64,000 nucleotides of DNA, taken from the NCBI GenBank assembly GCA_051294375.1, contig CM119271.1:16714470-16778469 (forward strand), written 5' to 3'. This document shows positions 23,901 through 36,450 of this stretch, piece by piece. Numbering within the stretch: the stretch's first letter is position 1; every line of letters starts with the position of its first letter. The notes beneath the pieces are model-generated. The model did no database searches and had not been told where the DNA came from. It was given only the letters and a program-made list of their open reading frames with translations. The stretch is from Paraspadella gotoi. Its lineage: Eukaryota > Animalia > Chaetognatha. The position numbers were made by a program, and so were the translations under genes.

Positions 23901-26177
23901 AGATCAATCCCCAATTGTACCACGTTCGATCCTCAATGGTACCACAATCGATCCCCAATTGTACCGTGATCGATCACAAATTGTACCGAGATCGATCCCT
24001 ATTTGTACCAAGATCGATCCCCAATTGTACCAAGATCGATCCTTAATTGTACCGCGATCCATTCCCGATGGTACCGCGATCGATCCCCAATGGTACCAAG
24101 ATCGATCCCTAATTGTACCGAGATCGATCCTCAATTGTACCGAGATCGATCCCTAATTGTACCAAGATTGATCCCCAATTGTACCGTGATCGATCCCCAA
24201 TTTTACCGTGATCAATCCCCAATGGTACCGGGATCGATCCCCAATTGTACCATGTTCGATCCCCAATGGTACTGCGATCGATCACCAATTGTAGCGCAAT
24301 TGATCCCCAATGGTACCGCGATCGATCCTCAATAGTACCGAGATTGATCCCCAATTGTACCACGTTCGATCCCCAATGGTACCGCGATCGATCCCCAATT
24401 GTACTGCGATCGATCAGCAATTGTACCAAGATCGATCCCCAATTTTACCGTGATCGATCCCCAATGGTACCGAGATCGATTCCCAATTGTACCGCGACCG
24501 ATACCCAATTGTACCGATATCGATCCCCAATGGTACCTACCCTACCTAAGCGTGAGGACACCCATTAACCACATTTGGGTTGAGGATAAACCCTCCGGTC
24601 GCAATTTCTTTCTTTTTTTTATTAACATAAACATTAACAAAAAACAGATTACGTCTTCTTGAACTCCTCCTGGTCCTGGGCTTGAAACCAGGCCGGGTGA
24701 ACTCTTTACAATGCCGACTACGTTTATAAGGTAATAAATACCCACATTTAAATTCATCTATACTAATTTGTACCTGTAGTATTGTAGCTCTTAGTACATT
24801 CTATTGTTTCAACATTGTCCAGCACGTGAGATGGGAAAGTCGTTTCTTCACGTACTTGCACAGGGTCTTCATCCGGGAATCGAAACACAACGTCATCCAT
24901 GTTGTAACCGTAAGATTCCATTTCAATTCCACATTTCTGTTACATTAAACGGTTTTGTCAGTTGAAGAATCACAGGTATATAATCAAAAGTATAATTTTG
25001 TTATAATTTATGTGAGATTTTACTTGTGAGTCAAATGGAAACATTGACAATTCCATTGAGCAAGATAAAGTCAAGGTGAACCTTTGACTGAGCAAAACTT
25101 CTCCGGTTCCTTTGATTCGAATGTATGTGTTTGGCTAATTAACAAAATTAACAAAATATGGAAATTCAAAAAAGCATCTTCAGTTTGCTATAAAATTTTT
25201 TAAAACAATAAAATTTTCAGAACGATTTTTTACATGGGTAACAATTTTCATACCATTTTCATACCTCCCTCTATTTTTTCCTATAAATTTCACAAAGAAA
25301 CCTGAGTGATTTTGTGAAGATTTCCTCGTTTTTCGTTTGAGAAAAACAAATCTGAATACCAGATTTTGTCCACGGATTTTGGAGGAACAATTATTGGTTT
25401 TGGATGCGTGTGTTCCAGCCTAGCGTCAACCCATTTTTGCCTAGAGAAAATTAGTTAATATATAACTAAAAACTTAAAATTTTAATTGCATATCTGTAGT
25501 CATTTGGTTAAATAAAACTCGTTTGTAAACAAAAACAAACTGGTTTAGTTCTAAAATTCTAACTAAAATTATTAAATTCTAATCTAACTCTCGAAAGTCC
25601 TAATGAGAAACTAAATCTGATCCGAATACTAACCTCGCACTTAATTTAAGTTTTGAATTAAATTCAATTATAATTTGAATTTATAAAAAGGTTTAAGTTA
25701 AAAGACCTCAAGAAAATGTCCATAGTGAATTCCATATTCGATTCTGAGATTGAATTCATGGAAGAAATAAAGAAATTGATGTTGACCGTGACTGGACGCG
25801 ATCCTTCGTTTGGACGAACACGAGCGTCGTAGATGCGCGGGTCTTGAACGTCAAAAATACGAGGCGAGGATTTAATTTTTATTTTATTTTATATCATATT
25901 AAATTTTTATTGGGTGAACGATTTTATTAAGCTAAAAAAATCATTGATCGGTTTTTGAAAGATTCATCAAAACAACCGTTGGATGAATTTATAGATTTGT
26001 TTATTTGTTTATTTATTTGTTTATTTGTTTACTTTTCATTAATTAAATTATTTATTATTTATTGACGACCATTGTGAACATACCGAGAATAGAATTCATG
26101 ATCTTTGTCGATTTTGATATTGAGGCTTCGCTCGGAGACGAAACAAAAAAGAAAACGAGAAAAAACAGCGGCGTCAT
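20873..26177 (-). CDS. Glycine-receptor-like Cys-loop ligand-gated anion channel subunit, 9 exons, 383 aa
   Basis: Exons 26177-26084, 25842-25707, 25440-25302, 25134-25024, 24936-24774, 22010-21796, 21393-21271, 21116-21048, 20974-20873. All introns are GT-AG with matching phases; total 1152 nt with no internal stop. Protein has a signal peptide (MTPLFFLVFFFVSSPSEA), YDARVRPN, DIFLRQKW, WYSDLFFSNEK, Cys-loop CSMELSMFPFDSQKC, second disulfide CTKSYNTTGRFTC, M1, the PAR anion motif, M3 (AMDIWM) and M4 (DVLSRILIP...FYW). Collinear with vertebrate GlyR alpha as recalled. Confidence 0.95.
21048..21116 (-). CDS. GlyR-like exon 8 (short M3-M4 loop)
   Basis: EEKIEPGSRRKRSYCNWKGCANK; aaatag| acceptor, |gttgat donor, phase 0/0. 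Confidence 0.75.
21271..21393 (-). CDS. GlyR-like exon 7 (M3)
   Basis: VAYMVAMDIWMVVSLVFIVLSMLETAYVLWLYHKGDEDEKE; attcag| acceptor, |gtgaga donor. Confidence 0.95.
21796..22010 (-). CDS. GlyR-like exon 6 (M1-M2)
   Basis: GRFTCIGAKFTFKREIGFFLFNVFAPSFASTALSWLGFWLSPSAAPARVIHGALCLVSSIGFMNAAKEASPK; 215 nt, with boundaries at the positions recalled for the vertebrate GlyR M1-M2 exon. Confidence 0.95.
22183..22460 (-). mobile_element. Interspersed repeat family A (~280 bp, twister-bearing, SINE/retrozyme-like)
   Basis: Related copies at ~3930-4130, 4375-4600, 8955-9060, 47820-48025; partial copies at 52820-52930 and 54400-54500. Confidence 0.8.
22230..22292 (-). ncRNA. Type-P5 twister ribozyme, family A (intact)
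   Basis: Minus strand: TATCTTGT-AA-GAGT-GA-TGGA-GGCCT-TAA-ACC-AC-CAAA-G-CCTG-TCCA-AA-GT-CAGG-G-GCAAGATA. P5 8 bp, P4 4 bp, T1 TGGA/TCCA, T2 AC/GT, conserved UAA and GA; predicted cut 22267/22266. Confidence 0.8.
23198..23548. mobile_element. Diverged foldback / MITE-like element in GlyR intron 5
   Basis: taacatagaagcatttaaa / tttaaatacttcaatgtta and aacggattcgggtag / ctatctgaatccgtt. Confidence 0.55.
23704..24538 (+). repeat. 22-bp minisatellite GATCGATCCCCAATTGTACCGA, ~38 units, in GlyR intron 5 (mirror 38500-39330)
   Basis: Unit read directly from the sequence. Confidence 0.95.
24774..24936 (-). CDS. GlyR-like exon 5 (loops B/F/C)
   Basis: KCGIEMESYGYNMDDVVFRFPDEDPVQVREETTFPSHVLDNVETIECTKSYNTTG; taacag| acceptor, |gtacaa donor. 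Confidence 0.95.
25024..25134 (-). CDS. GlyR-like exon 4 (loop E, first half of Cys-loop)
   Basis: PNTYIRIKGTGEVLLSQRFTLTLSCSMELSMFPFDSQ; aattag| acceptor, |gtaaaa donor. Confidence 0.95.
25302..25440 (-). CDS. GlyR-like exon 3 (loops D/A)
   Basis: QKWVDARLEHTHPKPIIVPPKSVDKIWYSDLFFSNEKRGNLHKITQ; ctctag| acceptor, |gtttct donor. Confidence 0.93.
25707..25842 (-). CDS. GlyR-like exon 2
   Basis: DPRIYDARVRPNEGSRPVTVNINFFISSMNSISESNMEFTMDIFLR; ttcaag| acceptor, |gtcttt donor. Confidence 0.92.
26084..26177 (-). CDS. GlyR-like exon 1 (signal peptide)
   Basis: ATG at 26177, MTPLFFLVFFFVSSPSEASISKSTKIMNSIL, donor G|gtatgt. Confidence 0.85.
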
Positions 26178-26540
26178 TACGAAACAGTTTTGATCTTAAA
26201 ATTTAATGATTAAAAAAAATTAAAACATATTTTATTATTATCTGTTGTCAGGTAGCGCAGATGCATTTATATATAGCGATGTAATTTTTTTATGATAAAA
26301 AAAGGCATTTTTAAAGTGAAGTCATTTAAGATATACATTTCTCCATTCACTTAATTGAAAATGAATGTTTGCCGATAAAAATATTTAGACGGGCGACCGA
26401 GTTATTAAAAATTAACAACAAGAACAATCAGTTACTTAATTTGATTCAGTTATACTTTTTCACCATTGTCATACATGTAAAACAGCAATTGTAACAGAAG
26501 TAGTGATGTGATACACAAATTGGCAAAGACTATTTCTCTT

Positions 26541-26661
<121 letters not shown>

Positions 26662-26854
26662 CGATGTCTTAACTCGATTTCTTTGACAACGGAAATTTGA
26701 TTAGACTTTTAACATAAGCGACGAGAATGACCGGTTTCTTCATGAAAGTAGATTTTGTAGTTATGGGAAAGTAGAGTCATTTTTTTAGATAAAATTGGCT
26801 AATATAAATACAAAAATTGATACATCTCACTGTTTCTTTTGCTGTTCTCTCTCT

Positions 26855-26945
<91 letters not shown>

Positions 26946-27186
26946 CTCCTCTCTCTTTTCTCTCTCTCTCTTTCTCTCACTCGTCCCCCTTTGCCTCTCA
27001 CCCTATCGACTAAAGTAAATCTACTCAAGAAACTGTAATCTCATTTACATATTGCAGTAGTTAATCATGTTTTTATAATTCAAATCAAGTCACGGCCTTT
27101 CGTTGACTTTTTGTTAACCTTTTGATCTCCTAAATTCCGATTCGATTTTAGGAAAATTTGAATCACAAAAATCTTATTGTTTGTTG

Positions 27187-27265
<79 letters not shown>

Positions 27266-27389
27266 GGTTTAAGTTTAACACTCCAGCAACCGTTTACGCT
27301 CGGACAAAACGACTTCAGTAGGGTGACAGGTGGACAGGGTGACAGGGAACCTGGGTGAGATGAGTTTGGGGGGCTGAGGTTTAAGAAAA

Positions 27390-27450
<61 letters not shown>

Positions 27451-28761
27451 GATAAGAAAATAAATAAAATAATTGGGATAAGATTTAGAGAGAGACCTAA
27501 AGATAGTTGATAGGCGAGAAAGAGAAAGAGGCATATCTTATAATTTTTATATACAAACTAAATATGATCTTAAACTTATAAACTAATAAAATAATAGTTC
27601 CAAACCTTCATTGTAGGAATATCTAGAACTCCAAACGATGGAATAGAATGGAATCGAATGAAATCGCATGGAACCGTATTAACTTAATTTTAAACCTAAT
27701 CTTAATCTAAAAAAATTAACCTAATTTCAATTTTAAGATAAAATGGGGCGTTCTGAGAAAATAAGGCCGAAACGGCTTTCTCCCAATTTATTTTTTTTTT
27801 ATTCTTTGTCTCTCGAAATTCTTTCTTCGAGAAAATTGCGTCACGCAGCCGCCGAAGCTGCCGCTGTTCAGCCGCTGCAGCTGCCAATGTAGCCGCAGCC
27901 GCCGCCTCAGAAGCCGTCAGAGCAGCCGTCACAGCAGCCGTCACAGCAATGGCAACGGACAACCTTTGGGGCGACTGTCACCGTTGTTGTTGTTGTTGTT
28001 GTTGTTTTTGTTGTTTTTGTTGTTTTTGTTTTTGTTGTTGTTTTTTTCGTTAGAAAAAGAGAAGAAGAGAAGAAGAAGAAAAGATAAGAAGAAGAAGAAC
28101 AACAACAACATCGACGACGACGACAACAACGACGACAACAAGGACGACGACGACGGCTGCAGCTTAAATCCTTCGTTGTCGCCTCCTGGCGGAAGAACTT
28201 TTGACCCAAACCGAATTATTGCGTCGCGGGAACAAAAGGGAAATAGTCGACGACGACGACGACGATGATGACGACGATGACGACGAAGGACAATAATGAC
28301 GACAATTAAGACGAAAAAGATATCGATGAAGAAATGACAGACAACGATGTAAGTGATGACAATGATGAAAACGCTGACAACGACGACGACGACGACAAAG
28401 TCAACAATGATGAAACGACGACGACGATGACGACAACGACAAAAAAGACATTGAATTAGGAGAGAGCAAAATCTCTTCTCTCTTTCCCTCTAAACCAATC
28501 AGCGCTCAAAATCCCTTGACCAATCATTTTCTATTTATAATTACATCTCCTTCCTTCACCAATCAATGAAAAAAAAATGCGCTCCCAGTCACGGGTTCGA
28601 ACCCGGTCCAAGGTTTGAACCCGGTCCAGGGTTCGTAACCGATTCCTTTGTCCGCCGAGGATATCCGCCTGACTCATGAAGCATAACTGACCTCGTGTTG
28701 ACCTTAAGGCAAAGCCGTGATGATGCTTGGCCGCTGGAGGGAAGAGAGAGAGAGAGAAGAA

Positions 28762-28827
<66 letters not shown>

Positions 28828-29377
28828 GGAAAAGAGAGAAGATACAAGATACAATGAAAGAAGTGTCGCTTGAAAAAAAAAGGAAAAAAAGACATGAAAA
28901 TGAAAAATATGAAAAAATAATAAAAAAGAAAAAAAAGAAAAGAAAAGAAAGGAAAGGAAGAGACAAAAATAGAAAAGAAAAGAAAACGAAGAAAATGGAA
29001 AATTCCAAAAAGAAGAAACAGCCTCAAGAGATAAATGATTGGCTTGAGTAACATTTCTTTTTTCTTTCAAATGCGAATTGGATGATGAATATAAAGTGAA
29101 TGGTTTAATGAGATGGAGGATTGGGTGAGTAGTTAACGGTTAAACAAAAAACTGATGATTCATTCATAAATAATTGATTGATAGATAGATTGAATAATTT
29201 GTTTAATGATTGACTTATTAAATGATAACTTGACTAATTCAAAGACTGATTTATCTGTTTTTATTGATTGGTTGATTGTTTGTATGATTTATTAGTTATT
29301 TATTATTCAATAGATCGANNNNNNNNNNNNNNNNNNNNNNNNNTCGCTTAATTCATTTTTGGGTAGATTGGTTGGAC

Positions 29378-31040
29378 AGGGGGGAGAAAGTAAGTCTAGG
29401 GCAGGGGGAAAAGTGGGCGAGGGCAGGGGGGAAAATGGGCTTAATGGCAGGGGGGAAAGTTTTGGCAAGGGCAAGGGGGAAGTGGGTTAAGGGGAGGGGG
29501 GGAGAAGTGGGCAAGGTCAGGCGGAGAAGTGGGTAAGGGAGGGGAGGAAGTGGGCTAGGGCAGGGGAGGAAAGTGGGCAGGGTAGGGGGAAAGTGGGCTA
29601 GGGCAAGGGAAGAAGTGGGCTAAGGCAGGGTGAGGAAGAGGGCTAGGGCAGGGGAAAAGTGGGCTAGGGCAGGGGGAAAAGTCGGCTAAGGGCAGAGAGA
29701 AGAATGGGTAAGGGCAGGGGAGTTAAGTGGGCTAGGGCCAGGGGGAGAAGTTCGGTAAGGGCATGGGAGGAAGTGGGCTAGGACAGGGGGAAAGTTTTGG
29801 CAAGGGCAGGGGGAAGTGGGCTAGGGCAGGGGGAAAAGTGGGTAAGGGCAGGGAGGAAGTGGGGCTAGGAGCAAGAGGAGAAATGGGCTAGGGCAGAAGA
29901 GGAAGTGGGGCTGAGCAGAGGAGGAGTGGGCTAGGGCAGAGGAGGAAGTGGGCTAGAAGCAGAGAGGAAGTGGGCTAGGCAGAGGAAGGAAAGTGGGCTA
30001 GAGCAGAGGAGGAAGTGGGCTAGAGCAGAGGAGGAAGTGGGCTAAGCAGAAGGAGGAAGTTTGGCTAGGCAGAGGAGGAAGTGGGCTAAGAGCAAGAGGA
30101 GGAAGTGGCTAGGGCAGAGGAGAAGTGGGCTAGAGCCAAAAAAAAAAAGAAGGGAGGATGTGGGTCTAGGGCAAGAGAGGAAGTTGGGCTAGGGCAAAGG
30201 AGGAAGTGGGCTAAGGGAGAGGAGGAAGTGGGGGGCTAGGGCAAAGAGAAGGAAGTGGGCTAAGAGGCAGAGGAGAAAGTGGGCTGGGCAGAGGAGGAAG
30301 TGGGCTAGGGCAGAGGAGAAGTGGGGCTAGGGCAAGAGAGGAAGCTGGCTAGCAGAGAGGAAGTGGGCTAAGGGCAGAAGGAAGGAAGTGTGCTAGAGCA
30401 GAGAGGAAGTGGGCTAGGGCCAGAAGAGGAAGTGGAGATGAGGGCAAGGCAGAGCGAAGTGGCTAGAAGCAGAGGAGGAAGTGGGCTAGGGCAAGGAGGA
30501 ATGGGCTGAGCAAAGGAGGAAGTGCGGCATAGGGCAAAGAGGAGAGTGGGCTAGGCAGAGGAGAAGTGGAGCAGGAAGGTAGAGCGGCGAGGAGGCAGGA
30601 AGTTGGCAGAAGAGAAAGGCTAGGGCAGAGGAGGAAGCTGGCATGAGAGAGGAACCAGAGAGAGGAAGTGGCTAGGGCAGAAGAAGGGTAAGCTAGGAGA
30701 CTGGCATGCAGGGAGGGAAGGGGCTAGGGCAGAGAGGATGAAGTGGCTAGTGCCTAGGAGAAGGGCTAAGCAGAGGAGGAAAGTGGGCTAGGCAGAGGAG
30801 GAATGGGCTAGGGCAGAGGAAGGAAGTGGCCAGAGGCAGAGGAGGAAGTGGTAGGCAGCGAGGAGAAGTGGGCTAGGGGCAAGGGAAGGAAGGGCTAGGG
30901 CCGAAGAAAGAAGTGGGCTAGAAGCAGAGGAAGGAAAGGGCTAGGCGTGGGGCTAGGCAGAGGAGAAAGTGGGCTAGGGCAGAGGAGAAGTGGAGGCGAG
31001 GAGCAAAGGGCAAGTGGGCAGGAGAGGGAGAGTGGGACTG
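29378..31040 (+). repeat. ~22-bp G-rich minisatellite GGGCTAGGGCAGAGGAGGAAGT (mirror 32080-33695)
   Basis: Unit read directly; G-tracts are longer at the left end. Confidence 0.95.
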
Positions 31041-34000
31041 GGGTATGCGGTTAAAGCGAAGGGAAGATTTCGCTCCAAACAAACAGAGATGAGAAAGGAT
31101 TTCAGGGAAACAAGAAATTTTTTCCACAACGGCGGCACTGCCCACACAAGAGAGATGAGGGAGAGAGAGAAGACAAAGAGGAGAAGGCGAAGAAAAGAGA
31201 GAGAGAGAGAGAGTGAGAGAAGAGAGAGGCAAGAGAGAGAGAGAAAGAAGTGAAGAGAAAGAGCGGAGAAATAGATATGAGAGAAAAGGAATTAAGAAGA
31301 GAGAGAGGAGAACGATAGAGAAGAAGAGAGAGAGAGGAGAGGAGAGAGAGAAGAGAGAATCAGGTTGCTTTCTCTTTTATTTTTTTTTTCCATCTCTCTC
31401 CTTTCCATTATTCGTATTAGGCGGGAAAATCTCTTAAAAAAATCAGTGAGCATAATGATGCTGGTTTTTGGTTGTCAGCCATTTTTCTCCTTTTTCTTAG
31501 CTCCTTTTTTTCCTCCTCCTCCTCCCTCCTCCTCCTCCTCCTCCCCTCTTTTATTCCTGGCTAGGGCAGAGGAGGAAGTGGGCTAGGGCAGAGGAGGACG
31601 GTTTCTAAGCGAAGGGAAGATTCGACAAACAAACAGAGATGAGAAAGGATTTCAGGGAAACAGTTTTTCCATTACGCGGCCACACAGAGAGAGAGGGAGA
31701 GAAGCAACCTGATTCTCTCTTCTCTCTCTCTCTCTCCTCTCTCTCTTCTTCTCTTCTCCTTTTATCGTTCTTCTCTCTCTTCTCTTCTTTAAAAATTTTT
31801 CCTTTTTCTCTCTCTTCTATTTCTCCACTCTTTCCTCTCTCACTTTCTTTCTTCTCTCTCTCTCTGGCCTCTCCTCTCTCTTTCTCATCTCTCTCTCTCT
31901 CTCTCTCTCTTTCTTCCCTCTCCTCTTTATTCTTTCTCTCTCCCTCATCTCTCTGTGTGTGGAAGAGTGCGCGCCCGTGATGGCAAAAAAACTTGTCTTG
32001 TTTCCCTGAAATCCTTTCTCATCTCTTGTTTGTTTGGAGCGAAAATCTTCCCTCGCTTTAGAAACCGTCATTGTATCCCTTCCTCTTGCAGTCCCACTTC
32101 CTCCTCTGCTCCTAGCCCACTTCCTCTTCTGCCCTAGCCCAATTCCTCCTCTGCCCTAGCCCACTTTCTCCTCTGCCTAGGCCTACTTTCCTTCCTCTGC
32201 TTTCTAGCCACTTCCTTCTTCTGCCCTAGCCACTTCCTCCTGCTGCCCTAGCCCACTTTCCTCGGCTGCCCTAGCCCACTTCCTCTCTGCCCTAGGCCCA
32301 CTTCCTTCCTCTGCCCTAGCCCACTCCTCCTCCTGCCCTAGCCCACTTCCTCCTCTGCATCTAGGCCCACTTCCTCCTTCTGCCCTAGCCCCATTCCTCC
32401 TCTGCTCTAGCCCACTTCCTCTTTTTGCCCTAGCCACTTCCTCCTCTGCCCTATGCCACTTCCTCCTCTGCCCTAGCCCCACTTCCTCCTCTGCCCTAGC
32501 CCACTTCTCCTCTGCCCTAGCCCACTTCCTCTTTGCCCTATGCCCACTTCCTCCTTTCTGCTCTGCGCCCACTTCCTCCTCTGCCCTAGCCCACTTCCTC
32601 CTCTGCTTCTAGCCCACTTCCTCCTCTTGCCCTAGCCCACTTCCTCCTCTGCCCTAGCCCACTTCCTCTCTGCTCTAGCCCACTTCCTTCCTTCTGCCCT
32701 TAGCCCACTTCCTCTCTGCTAGCCAGCTTCCTCTCTTGCCCTAGCCCCACTTCTCCTCTGCCCTAGCCCACTTCCTCCTCTGCCCAGCCCACTTTCTCCT
32801 CTGCCTCTTAGCCCACTTCCTTCTCTTTGCCCTAGCCCCCCACTTCCTCCTCTCCCTTAGCCCACTTCCTCCTTTGCCCTAGCCCAACTTCCTCTCTTGC
32901 CCTAGACCCACATCCTCCCTTCTTTTTTTTTTTGGCTCTAGCCCACTTCTCCTCTGCCCTAGCCACTTCCTCCTCTTGCTCTTAGCCCACTTCCTCCTCT
33001 GCCTAGCCAAACTTCCTCCTTCTGCTTAGCCCACTTCCTCCTCTGCTCTAGCCCACTTCCTCCTCTGCTCTAGCCCACTTTCCTTCCTCTGCCTAGCCCA
33101 CTTCCTCTCTGCTTCTAGCCCACTTCCTCCTCTGCCCTAGCCCACTCCTCCTCTGCTCAGCCCCACTTCCTCTTCTGCCCTAGCCCATTTCTCCTCTTGC
33201 TCCTAGCCCCACTTCCTCCCTGCCCTTACCCACTTTTCCCCCTGCCCTAGCCCACTTCCCCCTGCCCTTGCCAAAACTTTCCCCCTGTCCTAGCCCACTT
33301 CCTCCCATGCCCTTACCGAACTTCTCCCCCTGGCCCTAGCCCACTTAACTCCCCTGCCCTTACCCATTCTTCTCTCTGCCCTTAGCCGACTTTTCCCCCT
33401 GCCCTAGCCCACTTTTCCCCTGCCCTAGCCCTCTTCCTCACCCTGCCTTAGCCCACTTCTTCCCTTGCCCTAGCCCACTTTCCCCCTACCCTGCCCACTT
33501 TCCTCCCCTGCCCTAGCCCACTTCCTCCCCTCCCTTACCCACTTCTCCGCCTGACCTTGCCCACTTCTCCCCCCCTCCCCTTAACCCACTTCCCCCTTGC
33601 CCTTGCCAAAACTTTCCCCCCTGCCATTAAGCCCATTTTCCCCCCTGCCCTCGCCCACTTTTCCCCCTGCCCTAGACTTACTTTCTCCCCCCTGTCCAAC
33701 CAATCTACCCAAAAATGAATTAAGCGATCGATCTATTGAATAATAAATAACTAATAAATCATTACAAACAATCAACAGATCAATTAAAAAACAGATAAAT
33801 CAGTCTTTGAATTTAGAAGCTTATCATTTAATAAGTCAATCATTAAACAAATTATTCAATCTATCTATCAATCAATTATTTAGAATGGGATCATCAGTTT
33901 TTTGTTTAACCGTTAACTACTCACCCAATCTCCATCTCATAAACCATTTCACTTTATATTCATCATCCCAATTCGCATTTGATAAGAAAAAAGAAATGTT

Positions 34001-34213
34001 ACTCAAGCCAATCATTTATTCTTTTGAGGCTGCTTTCTCTTTTTGGAATTTTCCATTTTCTTCGTTTTCTTTTTCTTTACTATTTTTGTCTCTTCCTTTC
34101 TTTCTTTCTTTTCTTTTTTTTCTTTTTTATTATTTTTTCATATTTTTCATTTTCATGTTTCTTTTTTTTCCTTTTTTTTTCAAGCGACACTTCTTTCATT
34201 GTATCTTGTATCT

Positions 34214-34298
<85 letters not shown>

Positions 34299-35633
34299 TC
34301 CCTCCAGCGGCCAAAGCATCATCACGGCTTTGCCTTAAGGTCAACACGAGGTCAGTTATGCTTTCATGAGTCAGGCGGAATATCCTCGGCGGACAAAGGA
34401 ATCGGTACGAAAACCCTGGACCGGCTCTTCAAACCCTTGGACGGGTTCGAACCCGTGGGACTGGAAGGCGCATTTTTTTCATTGTTTGGTGAAGGAAGGA
34501 GATGTAATTATAAAATAGAAAATGATTGGTCAAGGATTTTGAGATGGCTGTTGGTATAGAGCGGAAAGAGAGAAGAGATTTTGCTCTCTCCTTAATTCAA
34601 TGTCTTTTTGTCGTTGTCGTCATCGTCGTCGTCGTTTTCATCATTGGTTGACTTTGTCGTTCGTCGTTCGTCGTTGTCAGCGTTTTCATCATTGTCACAC
34701 TTTACATCGTTTGTTCTGTTCATTTCTTCATCGATATCTGTTTTAGTCTTAATTGTCGTCATTATTAGTCCTTCGTCATCATCGTCGGTCGACTTCGTTC
34801 TCAGCTTCGTCGTCATCATCGTCGTGTCGTCGTCGACTATTTCCCTTTTGTTCCGCGACGCAATAATTCGGTTTGGGTCAAAATGTTCTTCCGCCAGGAG
34901 GCGACAACGAAGCGATTTAAGCTGCAGCCGTCGTCGTCGTCCTTGTTGTCGTCGTTGTTTCGTGTCGGTCGATGTTGTTGTTTGTTCTTCTTCTTTCTTA
35001 TCTTTTCTTCTTTCTTCTTCTTCTTCTTCTTTTTCTAACGAAAAAAAACAACAACAAAAACAAAAACAACAACGGTGACAGTCGCCCAAGGTTGTCCGTT
35101 GCCATTGCTGTGTACGGCTGCTGTGACGGCTGCTCTGACGGCTTCTGAGGCGGCGCTGCGGCTACATTGGCATCTGCGGCGGCTGAACAAGCGGCAGCTT
35201 CGGCGGCTGCGTTGACGCATTTTCTCGCCCTAGAAAGAATTCGAGAGACAAAGAATAAAAAAAAAATAAAATTGGGAGAAAGCCGTTTCGGCCTTATTCT
35301 TTCTCAGGAAGCCCCCATTTTAAATCTTAAATTTGAAATTAGGTTAATTTTTTTAGATTAAGATTAGGTTTTAAAATTAAGTTTAATACGGTTCCATGCG
35401 ATTTCATTTCGATTCCATTCTTTCCATCGTTTGGAGTTCTAGAATTCCTACATATTGAAGGTTTGGAACTATTATTTTATTAGTTTTATCAGTTTAAGAT
35501 CATAATTTTAGTTTGTATATAAATTATAAGATATGCCTCTTTCTCTTTCTCGCCCTAATCAACTATTTTTAGGTCTTTCCTAAATCTTATCCCCAATTAT
35601 TTTATTTATTTCTTATCGTTCTCTCTTCTCTCT

Positions 35634-35673
<40 letters not shown>

Positions 35674-35833
35674 TTTTCTAAACCTCAGCCCCCCAAAACT
35701 CATCTCCACCCAGGTTCCTGTCACCCTGTCCACCTGTCACCTACTGAAGTCGTTTTGTCCGAGCGTAAACGCGTGCTTGGAGTGTAAACTTAAACCGTCA
35801 TCTCTCTCTCTCTCTCTCTCTCTCCTCCTCTCT

Positions 35834-35869
<36 letters not shown>

Positions 35870-36415
35870 ACCACAACAAACAATAAGATTTTTGTGATTT
35901 CAAATTTTCCTAAAAAATCCGAATCGAATTTAGGAGATCAAAAAGGTAACAAAAAGTCAACGAAGGCCGTGACTTTGATTTGAATTTATAAAACATGATA
36001 TTAACTACTGCCAATTAGTAAATGAGATTTACAGTTTCTTGAGTAGATTACTTTAGTCGATAGTGTGAGAGCACAAGGACGATGTGAGAGAGGAAAGTAG
36101 AGATAGGAAAGAAGAGAAGAGAAGAGAGAGAGGAGACGAGAGAGACGAGGAGAGAGAGAAGAGAGGAGAAAGAGAGAGAGAAAAGAGAGAGAGAGGGAAA
36201 GCAAAAGAAAACAGTGAGATGTAATCAATTTGTATTTTAAATTAGCCAAAAAAAAATGACTCTACTTTCCTAACTACAAATCTACTTTCATGAAGAAACC
36301 GGTCATTCTCGTCCTTTATGTTTAAAAGTCTAATAAATTTCGTTGTCAAAAGGAAATCGAGTTAAGACATCGACTGAGAGAGAGAGACGAGAGAAGAGAG
36401 AAGAGAGAGAGAAGA

Positions 36416-36450
<35 letters not shown>

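Noticed and set aside
23704-24538. CRISPR-like array or repeat-protein ORFs
   Set aside because: Contiguous 22-bp units without spacers inside a eukaryotic intron; the ORFs are read-through.
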